Origin: a virus
Length of the DNA: 64,000 nt
Virus record (IMG/VR): IMGVR_UViG_3300006056_000034
Location: 4,078 to 68,077 of that record
Direction: 5' to 3' (one strand)
Below are positions 9,582-19,792 of the stretch, in pieces. The notes below the pieces were generated by a model. It was given only the letters and a program-made list of their open reading frames with translations, was not told where the DNA came from and made no database searches. The position numbers and the translations under genes are program-made. Numbering within the stretch: the stretch's first letter is position 1; each line of letters begins with the position of its first letter.

Positions 9582-10664
9582 ATGACATTATTTAATAATG
9601 ATAACACCGAATGGAGCACTGGTGCCGGGGAACTTATCCTCGGCGAAGCTCCTGCTTTGTTTGATAGTATAAACACTAGGCATCCAGAGCTTTTTAATTT
9701 ATATAAGCATCAGAAATCTATTGACTGGTCAGAGGACGAGCTTAGTCTTGAGCAATCTAGACTTGATCTTCTTAGTTGTCCAAAGAATATATATGACATC
9801 ATGCTGCTTAATATAGCCTACCAGTGGGAAACCGATAGTGTTGCTGCAAGAGCTATTGCTCCATTGCTCGCACCTTTCATAACCAACTCTGAGTATTGGG
9901 CTGGAATACTTAAGATTTCTGAAATAGAAGTAACTCATACTCTTACTTATTCTGAAATAGTAAGACAGTGTGTTCCTGATCCGAATGAAGTTTTTAAGCT
10001 GGTTATGCACAATGAAAAAATAGGGGCTAGACTAGAGCCTGTTCTTTATTATTTTGAACAGCTACGTATCGCTGGCGCAGAGTATATCTTGGGTATTCGA
10101 AAGAATGATCAAGAGCTTTACAATATAGTCTACATGGCTATTTGTGCCTTATATTGTCTTGAGCGTATTCAGTTTAATTCTTCTTTTGCTGCTACTTTTG
10201 CTATTGTTGAGCAAGGATGGTTTATTGCCATCGGTCAGCTTATTCAAAAGATAATGCAAGATGAAATAGGCATACATGCTGCTTTTGGCAGGGCTGTTCT
10301 TAATATCATGCACAATACTCCTCGTGGTAAAATTGCAAAACAACAATGCTCTCACCTGATAGAAAAACTTATAGATGATGTGCTTGCTGCTGACGCAGAA
10401 TGGAACCCTTCTCTATTTGAGAACGGTAGATCTATTGTTGGTCTTAATCCTATTTTACTTAATCAGTATTCGTATTATGGATCAATACCTGTCAGGCAAA
10501 CATTTGGCCTTCCATACTCACCTATGGAAAATCCATTAAAATATATGGATAGATGGCTTGACCTTAATGCTCATCAACATGCACAGCAAGAATCTTCTTC
10601 ATCAAACTATGTATTAAATTCTGTTGTTGACGATATTTCAGATCTAGATAAATTTATTATCTAG
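9582..10664 (+). CDS. nrdB: Class Ia ribonucleotide reductase beta subunit
   Basis: W-x3-E, ETDS, EVTHTLTY (iron ligands plus radical Tyr), LERIQF, QDEIGIH and a C-terminal Tyr (SSNY). Confidence 0.93.
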   Translation: MTLFNNDNTEWSTGAGELILGEAPALFDSINTRHPELFNLYKHQKSIDWSEDELSLEQSRLDLLSCPKNIYDIMLLNIAYQWETDSVAARAIAPLLAPFITNSEYWAGILKISEIEVTHTLTYSEIVRQCVPDPNEVFKLVMHNEKIGARLEPVLYYFEQLRIAGAEYILGIRKNDQELYNIVYMAICALYCLERIQFNSSFAATFAIVEQGWFIAIGQLIQKIMQDEIGIHAAFGRAVLNIMHNTPRGKIAKQQCSHLIEKLIDDVLAADAEWNPSLFENGRSIVGLNPILLNQYSYYGSIPVRQTFGLPYSPMENPLKYMDRWLDLNAHQHAQQESSSSNYVLNSVVDDISDLDKFII

Positions 10665-10665
10665 T

Positions 10666-10690
10666 AAAAACATTGGCGCTTTATGCGCCA
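10666..10690. terminator. Short hairpin after nrdB, possible weak or bidirectional terminator
   Basis: TGGCGC-TTTAT-GCGCCA inverted repeat at 10674-10690, preceded by AAAAA. There is no immediate U-tract on the + strand. Confidence 0.35.
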
Positions 10691-10718
10691 TATAAAATAC
10701 TTTTATGGAAAAATATAG

Positions 10719-11102
10719 ATGATGTCTATATCAGAACAATTGGAGCTTGATTTTAAAGACTTAAAAGAAATCATACGTCCAGACAATAATGAAGCTACTG
10801 CCTCTAAAGATTTTACTATTGGGACAAAATATGACTCTGGCAAGCCAAGGCCATCATTGCTCCCGATAGGTCCTCTTAGTGAAATAGTCGATGTGCTTGA
10901 ATTTGGTGCTAGAAAATATGCCCCTAATAACTGGAAGTTTGTTCAGCCTCCTGAGCGTTACTACGATGCAGCCATGAGGCATATGTTCGCCTATTCTATT
11001 GGCGAGAGCGCAGATCCAGAAACCGGCTTGTCACATCTTGCCCATGCTGCTACATGCTTGCTATTTTTAATGTGGCACAATAAAGAGGCTGCTAAGCTGT
11101 AG
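10719..11102 (+). CDS. dATP/dGTP diphosphohydrolase-domain protein (DUF5664-like)
   Basis: GTKYDSGKPRPSLLP...VLEFGARKYAPNNW...YYDAAMRH...DPETGLSHLAHA...LLFL signature. Confidence 0.85.
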   Translation: MMSISEQLELDFKDLKEIIRPDNNEATASKDFTIGTKYDSGKPRPSLLPIGPLSEIVDVLEFGARKYAPNNWKFVQPPERYYDAAMRHMFAYSIGESADPETGLSHLAHAATCLLFLMWHNKEAAKL

Positions 11103-11106
11103 TCCT

Positions 11107-11310
11107 ATGTCGGAAACTGAATATATAGAATTAGAGTATGTGATTGCAGACAACCAAATTACACCAGTGCAAGATATAGACTCTTGCTGTCTAAATGAAG
11201 AACAGGCCATGTCTGTCCGCGAAGCGTTTTCTAAGATAAGGGTTGGTTTCTCCTACGATAAAACCTGGGGCTTTTCTAAGATCGTGTGTGTTAATGGAGT
11301 CTCTGTGTAA
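11107..11310 (+). CDS. Small hypothetical protein
   Basis: 67-aa ORF tightly packed in the operon, with a TAATG overlap to the next gene. Confidence 0.5.
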   Translation: MSETEYIELEYVIADNQITPVQDIDSCCLNEEQAMSVREAFSKIRVGFSYDKTWGFSKIVCVNGVSV

Positions 11311-11549
11311 TGCCATATGATGATTTATTTTGGAAAGACATAGACCCTGAAAACATATATGACACAGTAGAAGATGTTCTTCTTACATGTTGTCATGTGT
11401 GTGGAGAAAGGCTGGAGTGGACTCTTTCCGTAAAGTATAGTCCATACCTAGATCTTCCTATCATATGTGGAGAGTCTACTAGTTGTGGCATCGTATACAG
11501 GTTTACATTTGATCATAAAAAGAATGCATATGTGGTTGCTATGGAGTAG
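11310..11549 (+). CDS. Small Cys-rich hypothetical protein (possible zinc ribbon)
   Basis: CHVCG and later CG motifs; coupled to the upstream gene. Confidence 0.5.
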   Translation: MPYDDLFWKDIDPENIYDTVEDVLLTCCHVCGERLEWTLSVKYSPYLDLPIICGESTSCGIVYRFTFDHKKNAYVVAME

Positions 11550-11551
11550 CT

Positions 11552-12250
11552 ATGTCTTTGTCATTTAAAGAGCTTTCTGCTCGCGCCAATATTAGCAAAA
11601 AACATAAGGTTCCTAATCTTACTTCTTTTGCTTTATGGCGTAAATTTAAGGGCGACAGCCCTGAGTCTTTGGCCAGGTTTAAGCACTTCTCTCAAAGGAT
11701 ACCTACCAATGTATTGAATTCTATGGTTAATGTTTCTGATGGCATAGTCGTTTTTAATAAAAATGATTTAGCCGAGTTAATATGGTCATACTATTATGAT
11801 ATAGATGACCTTCTTCTTGCTGAGTCTAGCAACATATACGATCCTGCATTTCATTCTTTTATAGTGAAGACAGGATTTTATACAGACCATAAGAGTCAAG
11901 CTAGGCTTCGTGATGATTGGGGATATCTATTCCCTATTGTTTTGGCTAAATGGATAAAACAAGTTGAGCTGAATTATAGGCCCTCTACTAAGGGCGCTAA
12001 GAAAAATTGCGGCACACTGTCTACGTTTTTCAATAAATCTTTTCCAAGAATATTGGTAATGTCATATATTGACTACTGCAGGACAGTGCATAAGGAAAGG
12101 GCAGGAACTACTCCTGCCGCCGATAGGTTTAACTTTGTTGATGTTCCTGTTGAGGACTTACCGTCTCTATCTAATCCTACAATAATGGATAATGAATTGG
12201 CTTATCATATATTATCAATAAGTCGTCCTGCTTCTCTCTATAGCGTCTAG
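11552..12250 (+). CDS. Hypothetical protein; weak resemblance to sigma-factor region 2
   Basis: 232-aa ORF, last gene of the + block. The segment KWIKQVELNYRPSTKG...LSTFFNKSFPRIL loosely follows the region 2.2-2.4 pattern. Confidence 0.5.
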   Translation: MSLSFKELSARANISKKHKVPNLTSFALWRKFKGDSPESLARFKHFSQRIPTNVLNSMVNVSDGIVVFNKNDLAELIWSYYYDIDDLLLAESSNIYDPAFHSFIVKTGFYTDHKSQARLRDDWGYLFPIVLAKWIKQVELNYRPSTKGAKKNCGTLSTFFNKSFPRILVMSYIDYCRTVHKERAGTTPAADRFNFVDVPVEDLPSLSNPTIMDNELAYHILSISRPASLYSV

Positions 12251-12655
12251 TCTTTCTACTAGTGGAGTTATAAGGATAGACATTTCTTCTTTTGATATTC
12301 TATTCAGAATAGCCTTTGTCATTACTGTTATTGTTTGATTAATGGTGTCTATTGATCTTCCTATATCTAATATTCTTGATGCATCCCATGGCTTTAGCTC
12401 TGCAATAGAAGTTGCTGCTAAGGCTATGGATACATCATCGTAAAGATAATTAAATAGTAATACAGAGCCCGATGCTGGAATCTGTGCTGTTTGAACAAAC
12501 CCATTTCCTATCTCTATAACGTCAATAGACAATACGCTTCTGTCGCTTTTTATTTCTAGGCAATCAACTGAGTCTGCTATAAAATCTGTTGGCAGCGCGA
12601 ATAGAGTTACTGCTCCGTCAGGGGTGGTGTCTTTATGTTTTTTTGCTACTATCAT
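12215..12655 (-). CDS. Virion-associated protein (small beta-sandwich plus C-terminal coiled coil)
   Basis: DTTPDGAVTLFALP...PASGSVLLFNY pattern typical of phage tail beta domains; last gene of the structural block. Confidence 0.55.
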   Translation of the reverse strand: MIVAKKHKDTTPDGAVTLFALPTDFIADSVDCLEIKSDRSVLSIDVIEIGNGFVQTAQIPASGSVLLFNYLYDDVSIALAATSIAELKPWDASRILDIGRSIDTINQTITVMTKAILNRISKEEMSILITPLVERLDAIERSRTTY

Positions 12656-14427
12656 TATTCGCCCCTTATTATGATTTGGGATATTCTAGCTATTTTACTA
12701 TTGTTGCTAGAGTTTAATGTGCCTTTTATTTTAATACTGTATACCGCAGAGTAAAGGTTGTGATAGATAAGATGAATTGTTCCATTGTTATCTTTTACTA
12801 TCCTGGCCCCGTCTCCAGATGTATTTTTTAATATATTGAAGTCTACATGCTCTATTAGTTTTTTGCCATATAGAAAATCTGATGATTCTTCTATTAATAG
12901 TTTTACATTGTATGGGTATTCACTATCTATAATTGTAGATACGCTTCCGCTTGGAAGTGTTACCGATATTGAGTTTCCTGACTTTATATAGCTTTTGATG
13001 AACGACTTATTAAATAGTTTAACAAAGTCTGCCTCGGCCACCTCTACAAGTGACAGTCCTTTATTTATAGACACTACTCCAGTTACTTTTTGATTGTTTA
13101 CAGAAATAGTTTTACTGCCGATATCTACTGTCTTGTCTGTGTAGTTGAATACCCATGCTTCATAAAATCCTTCTCTATAATTCCATTCATTAATATTTGA
13201 CATATAGTCTATATTGTTTGAAGCTATAAATTCTTGTGGAATAGCTAGGCTATAGGTTACTTTCTCATCATTATATGCGTAGTCGCTTAGCTCTACTATC
13301 TTATTATCAAAGTTGTTTGAGCAACTTACTACTGATGGCACATCAATGTTTCCGACTTTGTTTATCGGCCTAATGCTTTGCCATTCTTCTTCGTTTATTT
13401 TTATTTTATAATCTATCGTTATATCCTTGTCATCATAGTTGTCTATTGTTGATATTGATACCTTTGATAGATTAGAGCCAATAAGCTCTGCCTTTGTTTC
13501 AAATGAAACCTGTTCTTTTTCAAATTCAGAAGATATCTTTATTTGATTAATTATTGTGTCGTATATGAATTTATTGGCGCTCTTTGATGTTGCTTTATCT
13601 TTATAGATTATTATAGTGATATAGCGAACAGCCTCTCTTTTTGTAAAGAACACTCTGTCTTTTGATAATGTTCTGCCTGTAATTTCCGAAAATGTTTTTT
13701 TGTTTTTTGACTTTAGTATTTTTATTTTTTCTACATTTTCGAAAACTGGGCATATAGACTCTATTTCTATTTCTTTATTTAGGTCTATATTCACTGTTAT
13801 TTTTGTTTTTGTGTTCTTTGCTGAGTTGCATCTTATTTTATAAATGCCACTTTCTTCTATCACCCTCTTATTGTCGGCTACAGTAAACACTGTTCCTTGC
13901 TTTTCAAGAACCACTCCTGGGTCTGTTTCTCCATCTATTTCTACTAGAATAGATTGCGGACCTACGCTTGTTACGTCTATCGACCTATTGTCTCCATTGT
14001 TTTTTGCTAACCCTGCTACTATTTCGTCGTTAACTATTAGCGCCGTTGACCCTTCTTCCATGTTCTGTTTATTTATATTTACTAAATATGTCAAGGACTC
14101 TCCCGACATACTCTCAAGACCTAGTCTTGCTGCCTTTACTTTATCATATGTGCTATTAGATAGCCTTCTATTGATATATGCAAAGTCATCTTCTACCTTT
14201 TCTATAAGAGAAGTTATCCTTTCGCTGTATTTTTCAAAATCCTTAAAGCTACTTATCTGATTGCAAATATATAGGTATAATTCTATTTCGTCTGCAAACG
14301 AGAATGTACTCATATCTATTGAGTCGTAGGTTTTCATTTCTGTTATGACCGCCTGAATAGAATCTTCGTTTACGTTAACTCCTCTCATTAGCAGTATTTT
14401 TATTGCAGCGTCTCTTTTAAAGCTCAT
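12655..14427 (-). CDS. Putative virion structural (baseplate/tail-appendage) protein
   Basis: 590 aa with an N-terminal helical region then beta-rich sequence; lies in the tail block; TAATG coupling. Confidence 0.55.
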   Translation of the reverse strand: MSFKRDAAIKILLMRGVNVNEDSIQAVITEMKTYDSIDMSTFSFADEIELYLYICNQISSFKDFEKYSERITSLIEKVEDDFAYINRRLSNSTYDKVKAARLGLESMSGESLTYLVNINKQNMEEGSTALIVNDEIVAGLAKNNGDNRSIDVTSVGPQSILVEIDGETDPGVVLEKQGTVFTVADNKRVIEESGIYKIRCNSAKNTKTKITVNIDLNKEIEIESICPVFENVEKIKILKSKNKKTFSEITGRTLSKDRVFFTKREAVRYITIIIYKDKATSKSANKFIYDTIINQIKISSEFEKEQVSFETKAELIGSNLSKVSISTIDNYDDKDITIDYKIKINEEEWQSIRPINKVGNIDVPSVVSCSNNFDNKIVELSDYAYNDEKVTYSLAIPQEFIASNNIDYMSNINEWNYREGFYEAWVFNYTDKTVDIGSKTISVNNQKVTGVVSINKGLSLVEVAEADFVKLFNKSFIKSYIKSGNSISVTLPSGSVSTIIDSEYPYNVKLLIEESSDFLYGKKLIEHVDFNILKNTSGDGARIVKDNNGTIHLIYHNLYSAVYSIKIKGTLNSSNNSKIARISQIIIRGE

Positions 14428-14428
14428 A

Positions 14429-16921
14429 TTACACCGTATAGTATATGTTTATGTTTTTGATTATTGGTGATGTATTTATCTTCTTCATACTCTTATCTTT
14501 TGCTTCTAGTTTTAAATAATATCTACCATCATCTCCATGAATAATAATACTACTACCAGTGTCTATATAGCCCTCTGTGACTCTCTTTGTTTCTATAAAA
14601 GATGCAAACATTAATGAATATTGATATTTAATTATTGTAGCTGAGTCTATAGGAGTATTCGAGTACAAGATTCCATTTCTGTAGTCTACTGAAAATAATC
14701 CAGAATTATATGTATTGCTTACCGCGCTAAAGGATAGAGTTGTCTCTATATATGCAGAGAGAAATACTCCTTCTGGTAGATAAATCTTATTGTCGTTTAC
14801 GAAATAGTCGCCCTCATTTATAAGTTCGTTTTCTGAAGTAACTAGATTGGTAAATAGGTTTGTCTCTCCAGATACATCCATTTGCTCATTGTTTTTAACT
14901 TCTACGCCATACGCATCCATATCTATTATATTAGACATATTAGGGCTACCTATAACACTTATAGATTTATATTCTTTCGCGCTGAACTCTGTTTTACCAT
15001 CTATGAAGCCTACCTCTTTTCTTATGCTCGACACATAAGCGTTATTGTCATTTATAGATATAGATCCATTGATTAAATTGCAATGCTTAAGTTTTACCTT
15101 CTTCTTAAATGCTTCTTCCGATAGCAACCCTTCCCATTTTCCTGTCTTTAAAACTTCCGACTTAATCCTTCCGCTTTGCTTAGATACCTCTATGCTTCTT
15201 ATTCTTTCTTCTTTTATTTTATTTATGTTAATTGATGTAGTTGGATGACCACTATATACAACTCTGTATCCGCTTATCGAATAAGTATTTGCCGGCGTTA
15301 TTATCGGGTAGTATTTATTAAATGATGTGTCATTATTAATACCAAAGAATAAATCGTGCATCGAGATTATATATTTGTCTTCTATACTCGTCGCTGTAAC
15401 GGTGCCAATTAGCTCGCCTATGGCATTATAGACGTAAGCAATACTTTCTTGTGTTGCTTCGATATTAAATCTATCTATAGAGCCTATTACGCCATGTGAC
15501 ATATCTATATAGGTTGATGCTCCAGAGATTTGTATTCTATATACTCCATGCGGCACTATTGGCACAAGACATGCGCTTTCAGTATAACCTTCCCCTACTT
15601 CTGTTAGTACTGGTGTAGAAATTCCATATATAGCTATATCTTGCTCTATAAAGCTTTCCGCTACTACCATTGTATTGCTATCTATCTCTAGTTTTTTATA
15701 ATCAGTGAAAGGCTTTTCGTTTCTTGTTCCTATTACTACCGACTCATCATTTTGCTCAAGAACTATTCGGCCGTAGCCATTACCTGTTGCCATATCTACT
15801 TGATATACAGCATAGTCTGAACCGTACGCTTGCTCTGTATAGTTTGTTGACACATCAGTTGCTATGAATATATCTGGTATCGCCTTTATATTGGCCGTAG
15901 ATTCTAGTGCTGATATTTCAAACTTGACATAAAAAGATCTCACCTCTTGCTCGAAAAAGTAACTGTCTTTATCTATATTGTTTATATTGAAAACTTTCTG
16001 GCTTAGATTATCTCTGTTTGATCTTGATGTTTCTATCCATGTCTTATTGTCTGTGGATATGAATACTTTTATATTGCTATATTTTGATTGCTGTTCAATA
16101 AAGTCGACAGCTATCTTTTTGATAGATATATTATCTTTTACTGGGCCGAATACAATAGAGCCGGTCTTGAATGAATCCATGCTTACTATATTTATTTTAT
16201 TTAAAATAATAGAAGTAGACACTCTGTCTGTAAGTGATGAATCATTCTTAAGTATAGTAAATCTTATTTTCTTATATGCGGCTGGGGAGATAAGTAGTCT
16301 CTCTAGCTCTTTAGATATCTGCACTGAGTCAGATCTGGTTCTTGCGAACTGTATCTTTTCTATTTTTCCATTTGCACGAATACCTATAGCTGATACAACT
16401 GTCGGGAATATTGTGCCGTCATCCTCTACGTGCACATCAAGCGCAGAGATAATATCTTCTTTGTCTAATTCTATATCTACAGTTACTGACAAGTACGCTC
16501 TGTCATTTGATATGACTACGCCATCTCCAGATATTACATCTTCGGCTTTTATTGAGCCAATATTATTGCCTGTTATGGACATGTTTTTTACAACAAGAAC
16601 TTTCTCGTCAGACTGATCTAGGTATATAGATAAGCTATCATTGTCTAATACGGTATTGACACTATCTGACTTTACTTCATCGCTAAATATATTGACTGTA
16701 GATGCAAGCTTGCCATCTATGACTATAGCGTCTGCTAGCTTATTAGCTATTATCTTAATATTCTCAACGGCTCTATTTGCTGCAGATATAGACTTGTCTA
16801 TTACTGACAATATAGAATCATTGGTATCATTTATACTGTCTATTGCTGTGTTTATATAAAACGAAGTGTCTTTTATGTATTCTAATAGGCCGCGTCTATT
16901 CTTGTTTGCAATTATTTCCAT
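14429..16921 (-). CDS. Putative virion structural (baseplate/tail-appendage) protein
   Basis: 830 aa, N-terminal coiled coil then beta-rich sequence, FSVDYRNGILYS motif; lies in the tail block. Confidence 0.55.
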   Translation of the reverse strand: MEIIANKNRRGLLEYIKDTSFYINTAIDSINDTNDSILSVIDKSISAANRAVENIKIIANKLADAIVIDGKLASTVNIFSDEVKSDSVNTVLDNDSLSIYLDQSDEKVLVVKNMSITGNNIGSIKAEDVISGDGVVISNDRAYLSVTVDIELDKEDIISALDVHVEDDGTIFPTVVSAIGIRANGKIEKIQFARTRSDSVQISKELERLLISPAAYKKIRFTILKNDSSLTDRVSTSIILNKINIVSMDSFKTGSIVFGPVKDNISIKKIAVDFIEQQSKYSNIKVFISTDNKTWIETSRSNRDNLSQKVFNINNIDKDSYFFEQEVRSFYVKFEISALESTANIKAIPDIFIATDVSTNYTEQAYGSDYAVYQVDMATGNGYGRIVLEQNDESVVIGTRNEKPFTDYKKLEIDSNTMVVAESFIEQDIAIYGISTPVLTEVGEGYTESACLVPIVPHGVYRIQISGASTYIDMSHGVIGSIDRFNIEATQESIAYVYNAIGELIGTVTATSIEDKYIISMHDLFFGINNDTSFNKYYPIITPANTYSISGYRVVYSGHPTTSININKIKEERIRSIEVSKQSGRIKSEVLKTGKWEGLLSEEAFKKKVKLKHCNLINGSISINDNNAYVSSIRKEVGFIDGKTEFSAKEYKSISVIGSPNMSNIIDMDAYGVEVKNNEQMDVSGETNLFTNLVTSENELINEGDYFVNDNKIYLPEGVFLSAYIETTLSFSAVSNTYNSGLFSVDYRNGILYSNTPIDSATIIKYQYSLMFASFIETKRVTEGYIDTGSSIIIHGDDGRYYLKLEAKDKSMKKINTSPIIKNINIYYTV

Positions 16922-16923
16922 TA

Positions 16924-17676
16924 TTAATATCCAACTATACTTATATTCTTAACAAGTGGTGTATGGTGGCCTTTTGATACATCTGTATTTATTATAAATA
17001 CTTCTACAGCTACTGACACATATGATGCTTGCTGATTTATGTTAACAGAAACGCCATCGTAATTGATGGCTTTTTCCATACTTAAAGGGATTCCAAATCT
17101 ATATACATCTTCCATTTTATCTTTAAGTAACGATATATCTGTTATCTTGCTATTGTCTATATAGCCATATACGCCATCGTACCCGTCAATGTCGTCGCTA
17201 TCAATATAAACAGTATTAGAAGATATAGGTATTTTAATATCCTTTCCGAATATTTTTTGCATATTTTCATCTAATAGCCCAAAGCTGCAGCATGCACTTA
17301 TGTGTGCATCACCAATATTGTCGTATTCCACGTTGATAATAAACTTTTTCTTATATCCTAGTACAACTTCCTTGGTTTTAAATGAGCCACTTTTAACATA
17401 CCTATTATTGGATGCATATACCTTAATAAAATCCGTTATCGACGTGGGTGTAATGATGTGATCATAGTATATTGTAATTATACTTGAACGGCTCTCTTTG
17501 AATATTATAGAGAAATCTTTTGGTATGATTTTGTTTACACTAGCTAGTATTCTTTCGCTTCCGTCTTCTTCTGTACAAGTTATTTTTTCTATGAATAGGT
17601 CATACATTGTCGATTTTATTGTTATTGAATTATAGTTTCCGGTATAGACTGGTATCTTTATCGACTGTCTTGCCAT
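16924..17676 (-). CDS. Hypothetical structural protein
   Basis: 250-aa beta-rich ORF, coupled to its neighbours. Confidence 0.5.
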   Translation of the reverse strand: MARQSIKIPVYTGNYNSITIKSTMYDLFIEKITCTEEDGSERILASVNKIIPKDFSIIFKESRSSIITIYYDHIITPTSITDFIKVYASNNRYVKSGSFKTKEVVLGYKKKFIINVEYDNIGDAHISACCSFGLLDENMQKIFGKDIKIPISSNTVYIDSDDIDGYDGVYGYIDNSKITDISLLKDKMEDVYRFGIPLSMEKAINYDGVSVNINQQASYVSVAVEVFIINTDVSKGHHTPLVKNISIVGY

Positions 17677-18053
17677 TATATAGCCTCCAAAGCTATGCCT
17701 AGTCCGCTTATATATGAGCAGCCGTTCTTTTCTGATCCTTCTATATCAAGTATGGATATTATTCCGTTGCTATTTATCGGGACTTGCTTACTCTTTGCTA
17801 AAAGCATGTCTGCTACATTTTCTATGTAGTCTATCTTTTTAATTATTCCGTTATATATAAGTTCATATGAGTTTTCTATTTCATCTACATATGCTCCTAG
17901 GCCAAGTATCTGCGATTCAGATATATCTGCGACAAGTTTGAATTGATCCATGGCTAGCTGAATAGATTGTATAGAGGCGTTCTCATTTAGGTTTACGCCA
18001 TATGTCCTTTTTGATAGAAATAGTGCGGCCCTATTGTCTATAAAGTCCTTCAT
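17676..18053 (-). CDS. Hypothetical protein
   Basis: 125-aa ORF with ATGA and TAATG overlaps. Confidence 0.5.
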   Translation of the reverse strand: MKDFIDNRAALFLSKRTYGVNLNENASIQSIQLAMDQFKLVADISESQILGLGAYVDEIENSYELIYNGIIKKIDYIENVADMLLAKSKQVPINSNGIISILDIEGSEKNGCSYISGLGIALEAI

Positions 18054-19792
18054 ATAGATATTCCAATTGGTGATATATAGTCGTTGTAGCCAATATGAAT
18101 TGTATCGGCGCCATTGTTTTGCACCTTAATATATAATTCAAGATTGTCTATCGTGATAGCCTTAGAGATATATGTGGCTTCTGTAATAACATTATTTGTA
18201 GATGTATGTATTGTGTATTTTTCTAGATCAATAGTCCAGTCTTCTGCGAGACTATTGTTTTCATTGAATAGATCTATTACTGTCTGATCAGTTGTTTCAA
18301 ATGCATTTGTGTATGTTGCGTATTGTGTAGTGTTGATTTTTACAGCTATTTCTGACGGTGTTATAGTTTCTACTGAAAATGTATATGGCAGAGAACTTGT
18401 GTTTATAATCAGTATTCCGGCGCTACATATAATATCTTTTGTATTATTTATATTGCATACAGCACCAGAATATTCTTTTACTGTATCAAAGTCATGATGT
18501 GTTGATAATATTTTTGATATCATTCCGGCAGACTCGTATGTCTCTGCTGGCCCATTCCTTATAGCTATAATACCCAATGATTTTGCATGGATGCCATTCA
18601 TATAGCTGTCCACATATGGCTGTTGATTATCATAGAACCCACGTATTGCTACCTGAGACGATGAATACATTGTTGTTAGATCTGAATAGTCTACCTCGAA
18701 TAGTGCGCCACTTGCTGAATAGCCTACCTGTATGTCCTGTATATCTGTTGCCACAACCATGTCGTTGTTATATACAGAATGATATATAGTTTTATTATTT
18801 TTTACTAATCCTACCTTTGTCGGCATACAGTATATTTGTATGGACGTATTATAGTCTATATCTTTATGGTTTATAGACAGGGATGCCTTTGGTATAGATA
18901 GATAGTTGTACTTTAATACGATACTTGTCGCCGATACTGTTTCTGGTATTAGTGATAAATCTAGTTTGCCAATTGATTGTATTAGCGCGCTTGATGCATC
19001 TATTTCAGCAACTGCTGATCCGTCTATTTCTATTATTTTACAGTTATATAGGTCTATATTGTTATTTCCAATATAGATAGTCTTGTCTGTGCCTACCACT
19101 ATATCAAGCAAGACATCCTTGTGTGTATTATTGGCACGAGAGACATAGTCATATTCAACTATCTTGTTTATGCCGTTTATTTTTTTTGATTCTGAATATA
19201 TAAAATCGTCAGCCTCTATATCTGTTCTCAGCTTATAGTGAGACGCTTTAATATTAAATATATTCTTATAAACGTCCATAACTTTTGTAAATGGCGCCGA
19301 GAAAACTATTCTTGCCTTACCATTTTTTACCGAAACCTTGAATGACTTATTATCTATATCTATATATTTTTTAAGATTAGACATTCTTGCATCTACAAAG
19401 ACAGGAACAAATTCATACTCTCTATATATTGAGTCTCCTGATGTAGTGGTCATTTGCACAACAGAGAATTGTTTGTCTGAGTATATGAAGTTAGAATCCA
19501 TCTCCAGTTCTAGTCCGTCTATATACGCGGCAATAATATCAACTGGCCTAAATGTCTTATAGTATCCATCCACGTCTGTTGCAACTATATTAGAATAGTT
19601 GGCTTCAACTGTAGTGGAATTAATAATAGAATGCCTAGCTGCTATTGCGTCACTTTGATCTATGATTTTTATAGACAGTCCATTGACTTCGCTAGTTTTA
19701 ATTCCAATACAGCCATCATAAGACATCGATGGCTCTTGATTGAACAGGTGGAGCTTCTTGCGAAGCTCAAGATTGTATGATTTTTCTATCAT
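18050..19792 (-). CDS. Hypothetical structural protein
   Basis: 580-aa beta-rich ORF with an ATGA overlap to the fibre gene. Confidence 0.5.
   Translation of the reverse strand: MIEKSYNLELRKKLHLFNQEPSMSYDGCIGIKTSEVNGLSIKIIDQSDAIAARHSIINSTTVEANYSNIVATDVDGYYKTFRPVDIIAAYIDGLELEMDSNFIYSDKQFSVVQMTTTSGDSIYREYEFVPVFVDARMSNLKKYIDIDNKSFKVSVKNGKARIVFSAPFTKVMDVYKNIFNIKASHYKLRTDIEADDFIYSESKKINGINKIVEYDYVSRANNTHKDVLLDIVVGTDKTIYIGNNNIDLYNCKIIEIDGSAVAEIDASSALIQSIGKLDLSLIPETVSATSIVLKYNYLSIPKASLSINHKDIDYNTSIQIYCMPTKVGLVKNNKTIYHSVYNNDMVVATDIQDIQVGYSASGALFEVDYSDLTTMYSSSQVAIRGFYDNQQPYVDSYMNGIHAKSLGIIAIRNGPAETYESAGMISKILSTHHDFDTVKEYSGAVCNINNTKDIICSAGILIINTSSLPYTFSVETITPSEIAVKINTTQYATYTNAFETTDQTVIDLFNENNSLAEDWTIDLEKYTIHTSTNNVITEATYISKAITIDNLELYIKVQNNGADTIHIGYNDYISPIGISI

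Noticed and set aside
757..10355. Short - strand ORFs within primase-helicase, ligase, nrdA and nrdB
   Set aside because: Antisense shadows of well-supported genes.
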